From the NCBI GenBank assembly GCA_002269645.1, contig NIVC01003083.1, positions 56,808 through 120,807 of the forward strand: a stretch of DNA of 64,000 nucleotides, written 5' to 3'. The translations under genes were made by a program, and so were the position numbers. Positions 37,612 through 51,200 of this stretch are shown in pieces; position 1 is the first letter of the stretch, and the number at the start of each line of letters is the position of its first letter. This stretch comes from Macrostomum lignano. Lineage: Eukaryota. The notes under the pieces are model-generated. The model made no database searches, was not told where the DNA came from, and was given only the letters and a program-made list of their open reading frames with translations.

Positions 37612-39915
37612 TCACAGCGGCTCTTCGAGTTTCTGGAAAATCTCCTTGCGCATCTGCTTCATTCCAAAGTTGGCCTCGAAAAACCGGCACAGATCCATAA
37701 CGGTTTGACCATTATCATTCACGTCCTTGATGCACTCCGGTCCAAGCTGCTTTATCAGCCAGCGGAGGGTTTGCCGGCTCACCTTATTCAGAGCAGCCAC
37801 GTGCACCGTTTTCATTCCGTTGCGACCCCTCACTTTGCGAAAAATTTTACATCGCTCAGCTTCTCCTTGATTAACTGCAAGGTTTCCTTAGTTTGAAACT
37901 CGGCTGCCGCGTGGATCACGGTGTCGCCTCTCCTGTCACTGTACAGAAGGCACTCGGGGCCCCAGCTCGTTGATCATCCACTTAAGCGGTAGTGGACTCA
38001 CTCTCTGAGTTGTCGCGGCAGAATGCACAACAGTGATTTTGTTGTATTCACGGGTCTTGAAACATTCGACGCCCTTTGTCTTCTCCTTAAGGAAGTGCAG
38101 AACGTTCACATCCTGAAACTCGGCTGCTATATGAAGAGGAGTGCTGTCGTCTGAGTCTCTGTCCATCAGACACTTGACTCCGAGCTCGTTCACTAGCCAC
38201 TTGAACGCTAAACTGCTTTTCTTGTTCATTGCAGCGCAGTGAACAGCAGTCATCCTGTCTCTGCCCCTGAGGCTGAAGCACTCGGAACCGTTCATCTTCT
38301 TTTTGATAAACTTCAGTGTTTCATCTGTCTGAAACTCCGCTGCGTCGTGAATAGGCGTGTTTCCTTCAACGTCCTGACTTTTAAGATACTCTGTCCCAAG
38401 TTCGTTCACCAGCCACTTCAACGCCGAGTCACCGGTCTTATTTTGAGCTGCACTGTTTGTAATGCTGTTGCGGAAACGACCTTTTAGTCTGAAGTGCTTC
38501 ATGCCGCCCAGGGTATCCTTGATGAACTGCATGCACTCTGCCGATTGGTAATAAGCAGCTATATGGATGACTGTGTCGCCTTGATAATCCTTATTTAACA
38601 GGCATTCTGGACCAAGCTCTTTCACTAGCCACGTGAGTGCAGAAAAAGTTGATGTGTTGAAGGCAGCACAATGCACCGGTGTCATTCTTTCTCCCTGTTT
38701 AAAACAACTGACGCCGTTCATCTTCCTTTTGATAAACTCCATGGTCTCCGCATTTTGTGAGCCGGCAGCATTGTGAATAACCGTATTGCCCTCCTGATCC
38801 TTTACCTCCAAGCACTTCTGTCCAAGTTCATCCACCAACCAATGAAGAGCCGAGTTGCTAATCTTGTTCAGTGCAGCGTAATGCACCACAGTAGAAAACT
38901 TCATGCCTGTTTCGGTGAAACACTCGACTCCGGTCATTTTCTCCTTGATGAACCTCTTGCAGTCAGCCGTTTGGAAGGCGGCTGCAATGTGGACCACAGT
39001 GTTTCCATCCCCGTCCGTGTCCGTGAGTACTTGATGTCCGAGCTCGTTAACTAACCATTCGAGCGAAGAGCTGCCGAACTCGTTCTTGGCGGCCGAGTGG
39101 ACAACAGTCATCCTGTTGAAGCCTTTGGTTTTAAAACACTTCGCATTGTTTGTCTTCGCTTTAATTAGCTGCAGCACTTCGGCTCTCTGGCGCTCGGCAG
39201 CGATGTGCATGGCCGTGTACTAATCTTCGTCCTTCTCGCTGAGGCAAGCCGCTTCCAGCTCCTCCACAAGCCAGTTAAAAGCCGACAGACCCTGGCGGTT
39301 CATGGCGGCGCAGTGAAGGGCCGTCCGGTTACGGAATCCCTTCTGCTTAAAGCACTCGGTATTGTTACCCATGTTCTGCTTGATGATCTGCATCGACTCA
39401 GCAGTCTGTTGTTGTGACGCCAGGTGTACGGGCGAGTTTCCACTAGCGTCAATGTCGTCAAGACAACCTGGTCCGAGGTTGTTGAGCAGCCATTCAAGAG
39501 ATGAGCTTGTGTGCCGATTCCTCGCGGCACAGTGTGCCACAGTGCCACCTCTGCTGTCCTTGTTGGGCGACTTGAAGCAGAGAGTCTCTTGCATTGCGTC
39601 CTTGATGAGCTGCATGGACTCGGAGCTCTGATGATGTTCGGCTACCATGTGTACAATGGAGTCGCCGTTGCTGTCTCTGAGCAGGAAGGCATCAATGCCG
39701 ATGCAATCAGCCAGAACTCGCAGAGCGGCGAGCCCGAGGCTGTCGCGAGCAGCCGCGAACACGACGTCTCTGGCTGTGGAATCGCTCGACTCGCCGATTC
39801 GATCAGCCACCTCCTGCGTCAGACGCTCAATCTCAGAATCGTCGCCGCACTGGATGGCGGTCTTCAGAGCTGAGTAGAGCTGCTCCGCCGAGTGCTGGTT
39901 TAGAGTATGGGCCAT
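37612..39915 (-). pseudogene. Intronless ankyrin-like repeat gene (~765 codons) with an in-frame TAG and a +1 frameshift
   Basis: ORFs 39220-39915 and 37936-39210 are in one frame, separated by TAG (39220-39222). An extra base in GGGGCCCC (37956-37963) shifts the frame; the corrected frame runs ELGPECLLYSDRRGDTVIHAAA.. to the stop at 37612. Recurrent GxTxxHxAA motifs. A splice acceptor precedes the ATG. Confidence 0.8.
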
Positions 39916-42148
39916 CTTTTAGCTGCGTTGAAAACAAATAGGGTTGGTAAAAACTACAGGTAAGTTAGAAAATCTTATACACACATGTAGGAACGTCCTG
40001 TATTCAAAATACATTCAAAATGCATCACAGTTTGGCAAAACGACTCGAAAATTCATGCGCACTTTACAAGATTACTGTAGTACAGTGGCGTGGCATACTA
40101 TCCAACTGAGGCAGAGGGACGCATTATTTAGTTTTCTAAGAAACGATCGCTGGAAGCCGATAAGAAACGTATTTGTATCGACAGTCTATTTAGATTAGTA
40201 ATCACTAGATCATTCCGAGAGACCTGAGACCGAGACCGAGTTTGTCTATGGTAAAACCCCATTCAGCACTGTGCATTCTCTAGAGCATACACAAATGCAC
40301 TAGCAATGCGACAAATATGCGTTCCTTACCAGCCTCCAGCTCATATTTCTTCCCCACTTGGCTGGGCCGTGTCTGTCTATGGTTCAATGCTTTTTTCATC
40401 TTTGGCCGGGCCAATCATTTTTTTCGCCCGGTCCAAGTTTGGAAGAAATATATTCTTTCCGTTTCTTTCTGTCTACGGCCCAAAGTCCCCGGCTTTGAGC
40501 TCGCTTCTAGGCCTCGGCCTCGAACTTATACCTCTTTTTGGCCGCGCCAAATGCATGTAACGGCAATCACGACGCTATATTTCATATCTCTAAGATAAAC
40601 CACTTAAGAACGTAGTTAGTTGCAATCGCGCTTCTCATCTCGGATAGATCAGCCAACACCATCAAACTCGGTCCATGTTCTGCCTTATAGCCCGTTAAGT
40701 CTTCTCGTGCCACGATCGAAAGATTTCTGCCATCCACTTACACGTCTTCGTTGTAGCTTCTGGCACGCAATCATTTTGTTGAGTCTCTGCTCAACTTCGT
40801 TGTAGTCGGTTGCAGGAGGAATGGCAAGTCACTCAAGACAGCTTACCACTTCAGCAAGGCTAAGTGCTTCAAAATAACACCAAAAAGTCACAGATAAAAA
40901 TTTGAGATTTAGTAGGCAACAGCTAATTCTTAAATACCCAATACATTCGTTTTCGTGAAATGTACCAAATCAACATTCGTCTTTGGTTGAATGTACAGCG
41001 TTAATATGACCAAACGGGGCATAAATACGAGCTATATATTATTTCATGGACTACATGTACTCAAAAACTTAGTAGTCCTTGTATTATTTACTTTTATTTT
41101 AGTTTATGGTCTTAAGCATAAGCAGGGGACTCGTTTTTGGCGTCCCTTGGTGCTGGCGCCCCCTGAAACGAGTCAGCTCTGCTTTTGCTTCACACGAAAG
41201 AAATAAATAGACGGAAATAACCTATACTTCTAAGAAAATCGAGTACAGCGTTCTACTACTTCAACTGTCAATCAGCATTTGCTGCAATATTTAGGTTATA
41301 ATCCTGAAACATTGATATGACAAATCATGCTGTAGCTATACTCAATCTTAATTTAAAAATGATTAAAACAATCCTGACTAACCAAATCAGATTATTATAA
41401 TTTTTAGGGCCTATTTTAAATCAACAAATTTTAGTGCTTACCATTTATTCTCTCGTCGAATGTTCTGTGCCGCAGGTAACGGGGCCTCCGTGATGTGTAG
41501 GAATAGAAAACTGAGTATCAGCCGTGGTTTTCGGTCGGTTCTCAACGCGTTTCGCGCTCAAAGTCGCATCGTCAGGCTATTTTTGTAACAGTAGAGCAAA
41601 CTATATTGAATCGAAATGAAGCAGGGTATTATGTAAATTGTTGCTGAGAGGCTGTTGAAGGCAATTTTGAGTTTAAACTGAACAGCGAGGGATGGGAAAG
41701 GCAAACAATACAATGATAATATATTGTACTGATGTCACCATGTAGAATGCAGAGTGGACTGTTCTCTGCAGAGGAATGAGACACGCGCGCTGCAATTGTC
41801 TCTCCCAGGCTGTACAGGGAGTCAGGGACAGATTATACAAAGGAACGGAGTTCTGCCACACTACTGTGCATGAGCAGAAATGTTACGATCGGGTGAAGAT
41901 TTAGGTATGAGACTATAGACAGATATTTATATGCATTGCCATGGCAATGAACATACTTCGTGCGCATCCACACACGAAGGGCCGTGGGTACAGAGGATTC
42001 TGTAAATGCAACCTTGTAAAATATTCGCATATATATATACTGTACATGTATGGCGTTAATTCACAAAATATGTATACGTTTGTTCCATTTTCCAAGACTA
42101 TTTGAATTTACTCCTAGGTTTTAGGTAATTCTTCCTAGAACCATTTTT

Positions 42149-42165
42149 ACCCACCGCTGCCACCA
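42149..42165 (-). other. tRNA-Leu primer-binding site of a second, degraded LTR element
   Basis: Minus strand reads ..TTGCA-T-TGGTGGCAGCGGTGGGT, the same PBS type as at 5811. The far LTR end and pol remnants were not identified. Confidence 0.5.
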
Positions 42166-44685
42166 ATGCAAGACCAGAATTGCGAGAGAAAATCGCACGA
42201 GGGCTCAATTGGCCAAAGTTAGTTGATATACATGTATATTTGTCACGCACAAAGTACGCGCGTACACTTCAATCGATATAATTGACACAGGTAAATAAAA
42301 GCGTGCCCAACCCCCCAGCGCAGGCCAACCCCAAAACAGCCAACACAAAACTCACAACTTACATGTAATCCTTACACAGTCCCATTTTTCATGAAGCGAT
42401 TTCTCATATTTGAGATGAGGGCGCGTAGCTTCTAGTGCACACTAAGCTTCTCTTTGTATATAAATCAGCTAATTAGCTTCCACTCTACTCATGAAAAATT
42501 GCATTTCGACTTCCGCCGATGTACACTGTATCGATCCGCGACGTAATACGTACATGTACGTACAGTGTACTTCGATGAATTCGCTAGCGAATTGATTTTT
42601 ACATTACACTGACGGAATGATAAGAGAATTTACATGTACATGTAAATGTAGCGCGCCTTGACACAGAAAAATATCTATAAAAATTGCAGGGAATACGACT
42701 GTGGCGTCTTTCTTACAGTGGCTTGGACAAAGGGGATGAGGGATAAATATTTTTCGGTCTCCTCAAAAAATAAAGAGCCATGCATTGCAGCGAGCGGTAC
42801 GTAGCCTCCCTCTTTTTGGACATCCCTCGAAAAGTTACCGCGCTTAGTTACTATTATTATTTATTAGAGCTTGTGACCTTACGAGCTGACAAGACTCGAC
42901 TTTAGCATATTGCAAACATGCTTTACGTGTGGTGGTAAATGTCTAGATAAAAACGCTTTGAGCCTTTTTCTGCCGAATTTAGCAAAACTGCGGGTTGCAT
43001 TTAATTATCAAATCAATATAACAAATACTGACTAGTTCGTATTTATTAAGCAATAATATCTTCAATGTCTGTTGCAAAATGGATATAAATATAATAATTT
43101 AGGGCCCTAAAATTTGGTTCTGCATCAAAATAAAAGTAAATGCGATTCGATAATTTTTTACTTAAAAGTCCTATAGTTTCGCTCAACGCGTGCTCCAAGT
43201 CGAAAAACTTGTACGTAAATAATAGTCTCGACAGTTGGAAACCGAATATTCTCTTGAAAAATTTCAAATGAACCCACTCTTTTCGAAGAAGTTTAGCAAA
43301 GTAAATATTATACAAGTTTCTACTTTATACAAAATAAATTACCACTTCTACAAACGAACTTGTCTTCACAAATTTTCATTGTAGGTGACGCTGCGGCGGA
43401 GGCAACTAGCTAAAAGTTATCAATCTAACGTTGCCCTGTCACACAACAAGTGCTATGAGAAGTTTTTGTAAGTTGCGCGCTATTTACCAGCTTTTGATAC
43501 TAGCAAAAGTATTTAATATAGTTACATTTTATCCATTTTTGATAGCAACTATTTTCTTGAATGTATTGTTGAACATTAGTATACTTATTAATAAACTGTA
43601 TTAAATATATTTTTGTGTGTTGTTAGGTCGAGTGCAGGGTTGACTTTTCCTTTAATTCTGAGAATACAAATACTCTTTCAGTCTTGATTTTGCACTTATT
43701 TTATGGGACAACTTGCCCCTCTTAGGTAGGTAGGTTAACTTCAAACTTTTCCCTTAACATTTATTAGATGAGGCATAAAATATTGTTCAGAATCAGCCAC
43801 TGCAGTTTTAGCTATATCTAAGAGCAAGTAACAGTGCTGAATACACTTGTTAGCAAGAGGACTTAGTGGGCTTGCTGGCTAATTTTTATAAAGCCTGAAA
43901 TTCTAATGGCAGTATTATATAACTGGATATAAAATAGTAGTACACCTTTTAGTAGTAGTAGTACAATTCTAATAGTAGTACAGTATAGTACAGTAGTATT
44001 AGTACAGCAGTAGTACAGCAGTACAGCAGTAGTACAGTACAAATAATAGTAGTACATACACTCTTTTGTATAATTGTTTTATTCTTTCTAATCACTATTA
44101 TTCACATAAAGATATTTAGGCATTGGTGGCATGTCTTTAGGCAATAAATCTACTATAAATTATTTGTTATAAAAAGTGATGTATTTAATATGAATTGACG
44201 TCAATCAAATATTAATTTTATTTTTAAAGAAGTTTTAAAAATCTGAGTACTTACTTGCAATGCTTGCTTTTATTAAAAGATTCTAATAAGTCAATTTATA
44301 TAAAAATTGGAACTACTGACATAATTCCATATAAATTAACATTGTCTTTACTTTTATTAGAACTTTCACATTCATTTAAAGTTTAAACTAAAAAATGGTA
44401 TCTTTTAATGTTTATTTATATCTAATTTAGCTCGTAGTTAGGTCTTTTATGGTGGCAGTAGCTGATAGCACTGCTAGCTAGTTGTTTAAAATCTCTTTTT
44501 GAAATCAATCCTAAACTCTAACCAAGAATAATATTCCTTTCTAATATAATTCACAATGATATTGGTATTGATTTACTAAGGTGTACTACTATTATTAAGA
44601 AGTAGTCACGACTCCTTCTTGACTCACTTTGCTGTATCAACAGAGTTTTTTAAAAAATCACCCAATCTACATGCATTTAATTTAG

Positions 44686-44848
44686 ACGTCGCAGCCAGTT
44701 GCGTCTCAAGTCTGTCGTTTCTCTGCGCAAATTGCTGGCTCAGCTAATCGAGTCCCGCAGCAAACTGTTCGCCGAGCGCAAGGCACTGCGGGCTCGAGCT
44801 CGCGCCCTACTCAAGAGTAACGTTGGTGCTAAATTGGTCGAGCAGTAG
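44686..44848 (+). CDS. Probable terminal coding exon of a small unidentified basic helical protein
   Basis: TTTAG acceptor, GC-rich open frame RRSQLRLKSVVSLRKLLAQLIESRSKLFAERKALRARARALLKSNVGAKLVEQ* inside AT-rich flanks, AATAAA downstream. Candidate upstream exon at ~43385-43448 (VTLRRRQLAKSYQSNVALSHN). Confidence 0.45.
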
Positions 44849-45665
44849 ATTTAGGATTTGCTTCAATCGGGAGCTGACAGACTTTTCTTGACACTTGCTG
44901 ATTGTTTTGATTTGGAAGAAAGGTGCTTTTTTCCCTTTCATCGAATCGTTTATTGTTCTTGGACCGACCTATCCGCTCGAGTTGTTTTTTGGTAAATGAT
45001 AGTTGTTTAACTAACAACTTACAACAGTAAGTTGTTAGTTGTTAGTAACTAACAACAACTAACAACTAATTAACAGACTGTATTCTGTATTATGTAGACT
45101 GTATTCCTAGTCTACAACTAGATTGTCAAATCTTCCGTGCATTAAAATTTAAGACTAAGTTAAACTTCATTCCTAAATTATTATCGACTAATTTTTACGA
45201 GATATCTGTTAAATCTAGTGGATATTGTCTCCAAGATGTACTATTTTGACCTTATCAACTTTCACCCTAAGCGCAATAAAGCATTCACTCTTGTCACAGC
45301 CATTCTACTGTTAATAGTTGCGCGTGTTATTTTCCAGATCTGTTTATGCCAGCTAAGATCTTTTTGTGTGGCTTAATACACTCCTCTGTTCGCTCGTTTA
45401 TTTTTCTTGTGCGTGACTAGCCTTTGGAGCTAATCAAACCAAGCATTAAACTGATTTTCAATAAAACAAAAATGTCGAAGGGAGAATTTAAAACTTCAAA
45501 CTCCTGTGTTTGGAGTATGAAAAAATCAAGATTTGCTCAATTTTCTAGCCAACTTGACTTCAAAAGTGGTGCTAAATAAACAAAACCAATAGTAGTTCCA
45601 AGATTTGATAATAATAATAAGTGCGTTTTTTAGCTTCTTTATGTGGGCAGAAACTTTCTTTAAAA

Positions 45666-46877
45666 CTAATTTCTCGGCGTCTTCCAGATGATGAACACGT
45701 TCCTCTTGTACCTAAACACGTACGAGGTTTCAGGCTCGAAACCAAAGTAGCACCAGAACTGGCCGCGAATAGCTAACACGTGCCAGACTCGATCGAATTG
45801 CTTGTCAGCCTCGAGCTTCACCCACTTTGGGACTTCCTGCAATGCAGAAAGTTTCTCGATTTCAGAGTTTTTTGTGTGATCTAATCTTCTTCCTTGTGTG
45901 TTTCCATTTTCCTACCTTCAAGCTAGAGTGCTTCTCCAACGCTTCAATGCAGAGCCTGGCAATATCGATCTGTCGCTCCTCCGACATGTCGCCAGCAATG
46001 TACTCCACACCTTCAGGCATGCCGGTTGCCTTGGCTCGAAGACGAGTCTCTTCCATCCTGTTTCATATAGCCAAATTAATGCGACAACGTGCTAGTTCTT
46101 ATTATATGTTATTATAAGCGTATTTAATGTAGTATACATGTAATGAGAGCACCATATGTACGTTATACATGTATGCGCCAGCAAAATTCTACTTTTAACA
46201 TTTTTATTTGTTCAGACGACCATCCCGATTAAATAGAGCCCGAACTAATTTTTATTCGATTCCTGTCCAGAGCAATGTACGTCAATGAGTGGCTTTTGAA
46301 TGAGCAACATCATCAAGCGATTTTTGTGGAATGTCGAGGCATCACATGACTGAGCACCCTTGTGGTCAGGCACAAACCTCAATTGGGACCTTGTGGTCAG
46401 GCAGCAACCTCAATCGGGACCTTGTGGTTAGGCACCAACCTCAATCGGGATCTCGTGGTCAGAGACCAACCTCTTCCGGGACCGGGATGATGTAGTTTAT
46501 CTATATTTAAATTTTCATTAAATGTTTCTCAAACAAGACAAAAAGAGAATTAGCTCAAAAAGCCTCGAGGTCACAATCTTTTAACGCACATTTCCTTCTC
46601 ATTGAGTCCCAGAACTTCGCAGTACTCTTCGAGTTCAATAGTACCCGAATTGTCCTGATCAAATATGGCCATCCATTTCTGTAAAGCAACAGAAGACCAA
46701 GTGCTTAGTATTGAATACTTCAAAAATGCAATTTCACGTCTCATTATAGTTGCACCGCACCTTCACAAACGCTTCTTCGTAGTTATTCTTGCGCATATAG
46801 ACCGCCAAATCTTCCGCGTTGATTGATCCCTTGGCTTCTAGATCGATGGAGTACCAAGCCTCTTTAAATACTTCCAT
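45666..46877 (-). CDS. TAL: Tegument-allergen-like (TAL) protein: EF-hand pair + dynein-light-chain-like domain, 172 aa
   Basis: Exons 46877-46761, 46678-46590, 46057-45916, 45836-45666 are GT-AG and phase-consistent (519 nt). Protein: MEVFKEAWYSIDLEAKGSINAEDLAVYMRKNNYEEAFVKKWMAIFDQDNSGTIELEEYCEVLGLNEKEMMEETRLRAKATGMPEGVEYIAGDMSEERQIDIARLCIEALEKHSSLKEVPKWVKLEADKQFDRVWHVLAIRGQFWCYFGFEPETSYVFRYKRNVFIIWKTPRN. Confidence 0.93.
46358..46480. repeat. ~31-bp tandem repeat (4 copies) in TAL intron 2
   Basis: GACCTTGTGGTCAGGCA..AACCTCAAT.GG repeated. Confidence 0.85.
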
Positions 46878-48211
46878 TGCTTTTAGTGCCGTGTGGAGAG
46901 CTTCTGTGAAACAAAATCAAGTGGGCAGTTTGTGTGTGTCTGCTTTTCGATGCTTTGCCTAGTCTTTTGTACAGTTGTTACCATCTGTATGCATCTAGCT
47001 CTTCTTGCACAAAGTGTGCGTGTTCACTGAGAGATCTTCATTTTTGTGAGCAGGCACTCGCGCTAAGAAGAATTGAAATATTAAAAAAATATAAAGTGAA
47101 GGCATTTCGTCTCGACACACTGTTCATTTTGCTGACTACCGACGAGCATTGTGCGTTTACTCTGCAGTACAAACTATAATGGCCGCGCAAGGGTAGAAAT
47201 CTTTCTAATTTGCGTCAGTCAAATTTTAACTGTCTCAGTAGCATTCGATGCAGAGTAAGTCAGTTGTGTCCTTACAAGATCACTGATAATGAGGCCGTCA
47301 TCTTCTATAAGACCAAAAAACCTGTCAAACACATTTCATTCTAAAGTGCACAGACTAAAAAAGTATGCTAGAATGTCAAGGTGCATTTGCGAAAATCTTG
47401 AAGAAAAATTTTTTTTTGGGAATCAATTTTCCTCTACTCAAACGTTATTATTAATCTCGCTAAATCAATTCTCAATTCTTTTCTTAGCGAGGATTTATCC
47501 TAACAAAAATAGAATAAAGAAAAAGTTGCGTAGTTGCGGACCCGGCGACAGTGGTGGCGCCGCTCTTGGCATACCAATCAGACTTTAAAGCCTATTCTGC
47601 ACTCAGTAGCACAGCAGTTGATTAATCTTCCACTTCTTTCATTCTGTCTAATCCGCTTAGGAGTCGATGTTTCTTATAGAGGAGAAATCCTTAAAAGGCA
47701 AAATACTTAGCTGCAACAGGTGCATGGAAGAACGCAGTCGAGGATCAGTTAGGATTAAAGACGGTGCAACACGTGCAGCTAAGACGGTGGATTCTGCCTA
47801 AGCTGCAAGTTGCTGAGCTCAGCATGCAATCTGCTATCGGCAGAAAGGGGGCGAATCAGCGGAGGAAGGGGGCGGGACACGTCAAAAGTTAGGGATTTTA
47901 TCCTGCTGCTACCATTCCTCTCTAGCATTATAACTTCTGCGCCAGTGTCTCAACCAACTGAATTCACCAGACAGTGACGAAGAAATTTTCGGCTCCTAAG
48001 TTGAACACCCCGATTTCAAATTTCAGGCTCCGTTCTGCATCCGATGGACTTCGATTGGATCTTGCAATCGCTGAGTGGCTCGCTGAGCAAAATGCCCAGC
48101 CTCCAATATTCTCCCATGGCCCACTTTGCGCTAGATCAGTACACTGCATGGTCCTATGGTATAGCCTTCACACACTTACTGTCACACATTTTTATTCTTT
48201 TAATTGTGAAG

Positions 48212-51200
48212 GTGCGCGTGACTTGATTGCGCCAAAATCAAAATGGACCGCCTACTGCAACTCGGACAAGGACCCAAGCGATGGTGACAACGAGAACATC
48301 AACTTTGCTCGAGTGGTAAGCTCAGGCTTATTGGTTGTGTTGATGTCTCTTGCTGAACACACAAGCGCTGGGATAGGCAGATAATAAAACGCAAATACAC
48401 TCACATAGACGGACAGACACTAGCACAGATGGACAGACACTAGCACAGACGGACAGACACGTAGCACAGACGGACAGACACTAGCACAGACGGATAGACA
48501 CTAGCACAGAGGGACAGACACTAGCACAGACGGACAGACACTAGCACAGAGGGACAGACACTAGCACAGAGGGACAGACACTAGCACAGAGAGACAGACA
48601 CTAGCACAGAGGGACAGACACTAGCACAGACGGACAGACACCATCACAGAGGGACAGACACTAACACAGACGGACAGACACTAGCACAGACAGACAGACA
48701 CCATCACAGACGGACAGAAACTAACACAGACGGACAGACACTAGCACAGACGGACAGACACTAGCACAGAGGGACAGACACAGCACAGACGGACAGACAC
48801 TAGCACAGAGGGACAGACACAGCACAGACGGACAGACACTAGCACAGAGGGACAGACACAGCACAGACGGACAGACACTAGCACAGAGGGACAGACACTA
48901 GCACAGAGGGACAGACACAGCACAGACGGACAGACACTAGCACAGAGGGACAGACACTAGCACAGAGGGACAGACACTAGCACAGAGGGACAGACACAGC
49001 ACAGACGGACAGACACTAGCACAGAGGGACAGACACTAGCACAGAGGGACAGACACAGCACAGAGGGACAGACACTAGCACAGAGGGACAGACACAGCAC
49101 AGACGGACAGACATTAACACAGACGGACAGACACTATCACAGAGGGACAGAGCCGTCCATACCGTCCCATTGTAGGTATGCAGCGAAATCTGCAACTCTC
49201 CAATCGACTGGAAATGCCGAGTAGCCGGCACCGGCCTGTCAGCCTCAGCCACTGGCCAGAACTTCTCCACCCCCTGCTCTCGAGAGGGCATCGTGTGCGA
49301 CAAGTCGCAGAACAAAGCCGCCGGTTGCAGCGACTACGAAGTGTCGTACCTTTGCCCAGCTGGTAAGTGATGTCAAATAATAGCATGTATGCAATAACTT
49401 AAAACTGAAGAAATCTCAGAAATATTATTTACCAACTTAAGCACCAGCGTTGAGTTTGAATTAAAAAAACACGGGATGATTACTTCGACGGATTGGATGT
49501 CTCGGCGTTTCTAGTCGACTAGCCCAACAAGTTATCAATTTCGCCATTTATAGAGGTCCGGCATCTTTAAATAGATAACAGAGTGACTGAAAAGCTGTTT
49601 AAAAGATCATGTCTTAAGGTAGCTGAGCATCCTGTAATTGACTCATTTCCAGACATCGACGAGTGCGCCCTGAAGCTGCACAATTGCGACCCGAACGCCC
49701 AGTGCATCAACACGCCCGGAAGTTACAAATGCCAGTGCAAAACCGGCTACTTTGGCGACGGCTTCAACTGTCGCACCGGAGCCGCCTGCAGCGCATTCGG
49801 CAACGTCCACGTGGTAACCTTCGACGGAGCGCATCAGGTTGGCGGCTCGCGCTGCGACTTCCAGCTGGCCGCCAACTGCAACGCCACCGCTGGAAGCAAG
49901 TACGCCTTCAGCATCGATATTCAACAAGATCTGATCGGCGGTGCCAAAGTCTTTGTTGCCGGCGTTCTTGTTCGGGTGTACGACCTCACCATCATGGCGC
50001 ACAATGAGCACGGAGTTACAGTGAGTGCAACGGCAACTCTTTACAGGTGTTAGACCACTTAGCATTCCATGCAAAACTCCACACCTGAAAATAACAAAAT
50101 CAAGAACCGTTTCAAAACCTGTGTTTTATTGCTTAGTAGTAAAAATGCAACCAGTGCTGCAACGCAAGGACACAGGACAAGATGAGTCCATGAGAATTGC
50201 CCGCAAACGAATTGCCCGTCGAGATTTGCGGCAGTGCAATTTGCCCGCAATTCTTTTCTCCTGCAGTGCATTTAATCATACGGCAGATTTTGTCTGCATT
50301 ACCCCCGCCCCTAATGCTAAGTAAGTCTTTAAAAAGAGATTTAGGGGACAAAGCAGCATGGCATATGAATTAATTATTAGCTCACTGATGTAGCCCTGCA
50401 TCTATATAAAAATCAAAACCCACAAGTATGCATTTGATATACAGTTACCATCAAAAAGTTTTAATCGGGTAAATCTCTTTATTAAGACTTAATTAAGCAT
50501 TGAGGGGGATTTGCACTGCGGCCTAATCTCCTACGGGAAATTCTCGTGCTTCCGGACAAGATGTCACAGTTTCGTAATGGCATAGTAACTGCTTGACAAC
50601 TAAATAGCTTGATTGTTCGCGGGGAGCTTTTCCAACTGATAGTCGACCCGCAGTCAGTAAGGAGGAAACAAGACGTGCCCATTTCGCTGACACCTGAAGA
50701 CGCATAAGCGCACACGGATGCTTAAAATCAGGCATACACCTGGTGTACAGCGGCACTTCATTTCTTATCGTAGGGCATGTACTCACTCTGTGCCTTTGGG
50801 ATAGAATTGGGCGAACAGCCCTAGAGACAAAATACCAACATTCTTCACAAACAATTCATTTATTCCAGGTAAACGGAATGCCCATCACGCCCAGCCTCAA
50901 CACCTACTCTGGCAATTTGGCCGGCCATCCGAACAGCTCCGTGACCATCACCTACATGTGGAACGACATCGTAATCACCACGGACTACGGCTTGGAAGTT
51001 TCCTACGACATGCGCCGCTACCTGGCAACCGTGATCTCCCCCCAGCTGGCCGGCATTGAACCGTGCGGCCTCTGCGGCAACTCCGACGGCCATCAGGCGA
51101 ACGATTTCACGCCAAAAGGCGCCAACACGACGAGCTCGGATAAGGCGGCGGTGTACGCCTCCTGGATGACTGCCAATCAGTCCAATTCCAAGTAAGCTGA

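Noticed and set aside
43046-43315. 89-aa minus-strand ORF
   Set aside because: AT-rich with no recognisable motif or splice support.
45862-46056. Standalone dynein light chain gene starting at ATG 46056
   Set aside because: An AG acceptor sits one base upstream, and two EF-hand exons splice in frame, giving the TAL fusion.
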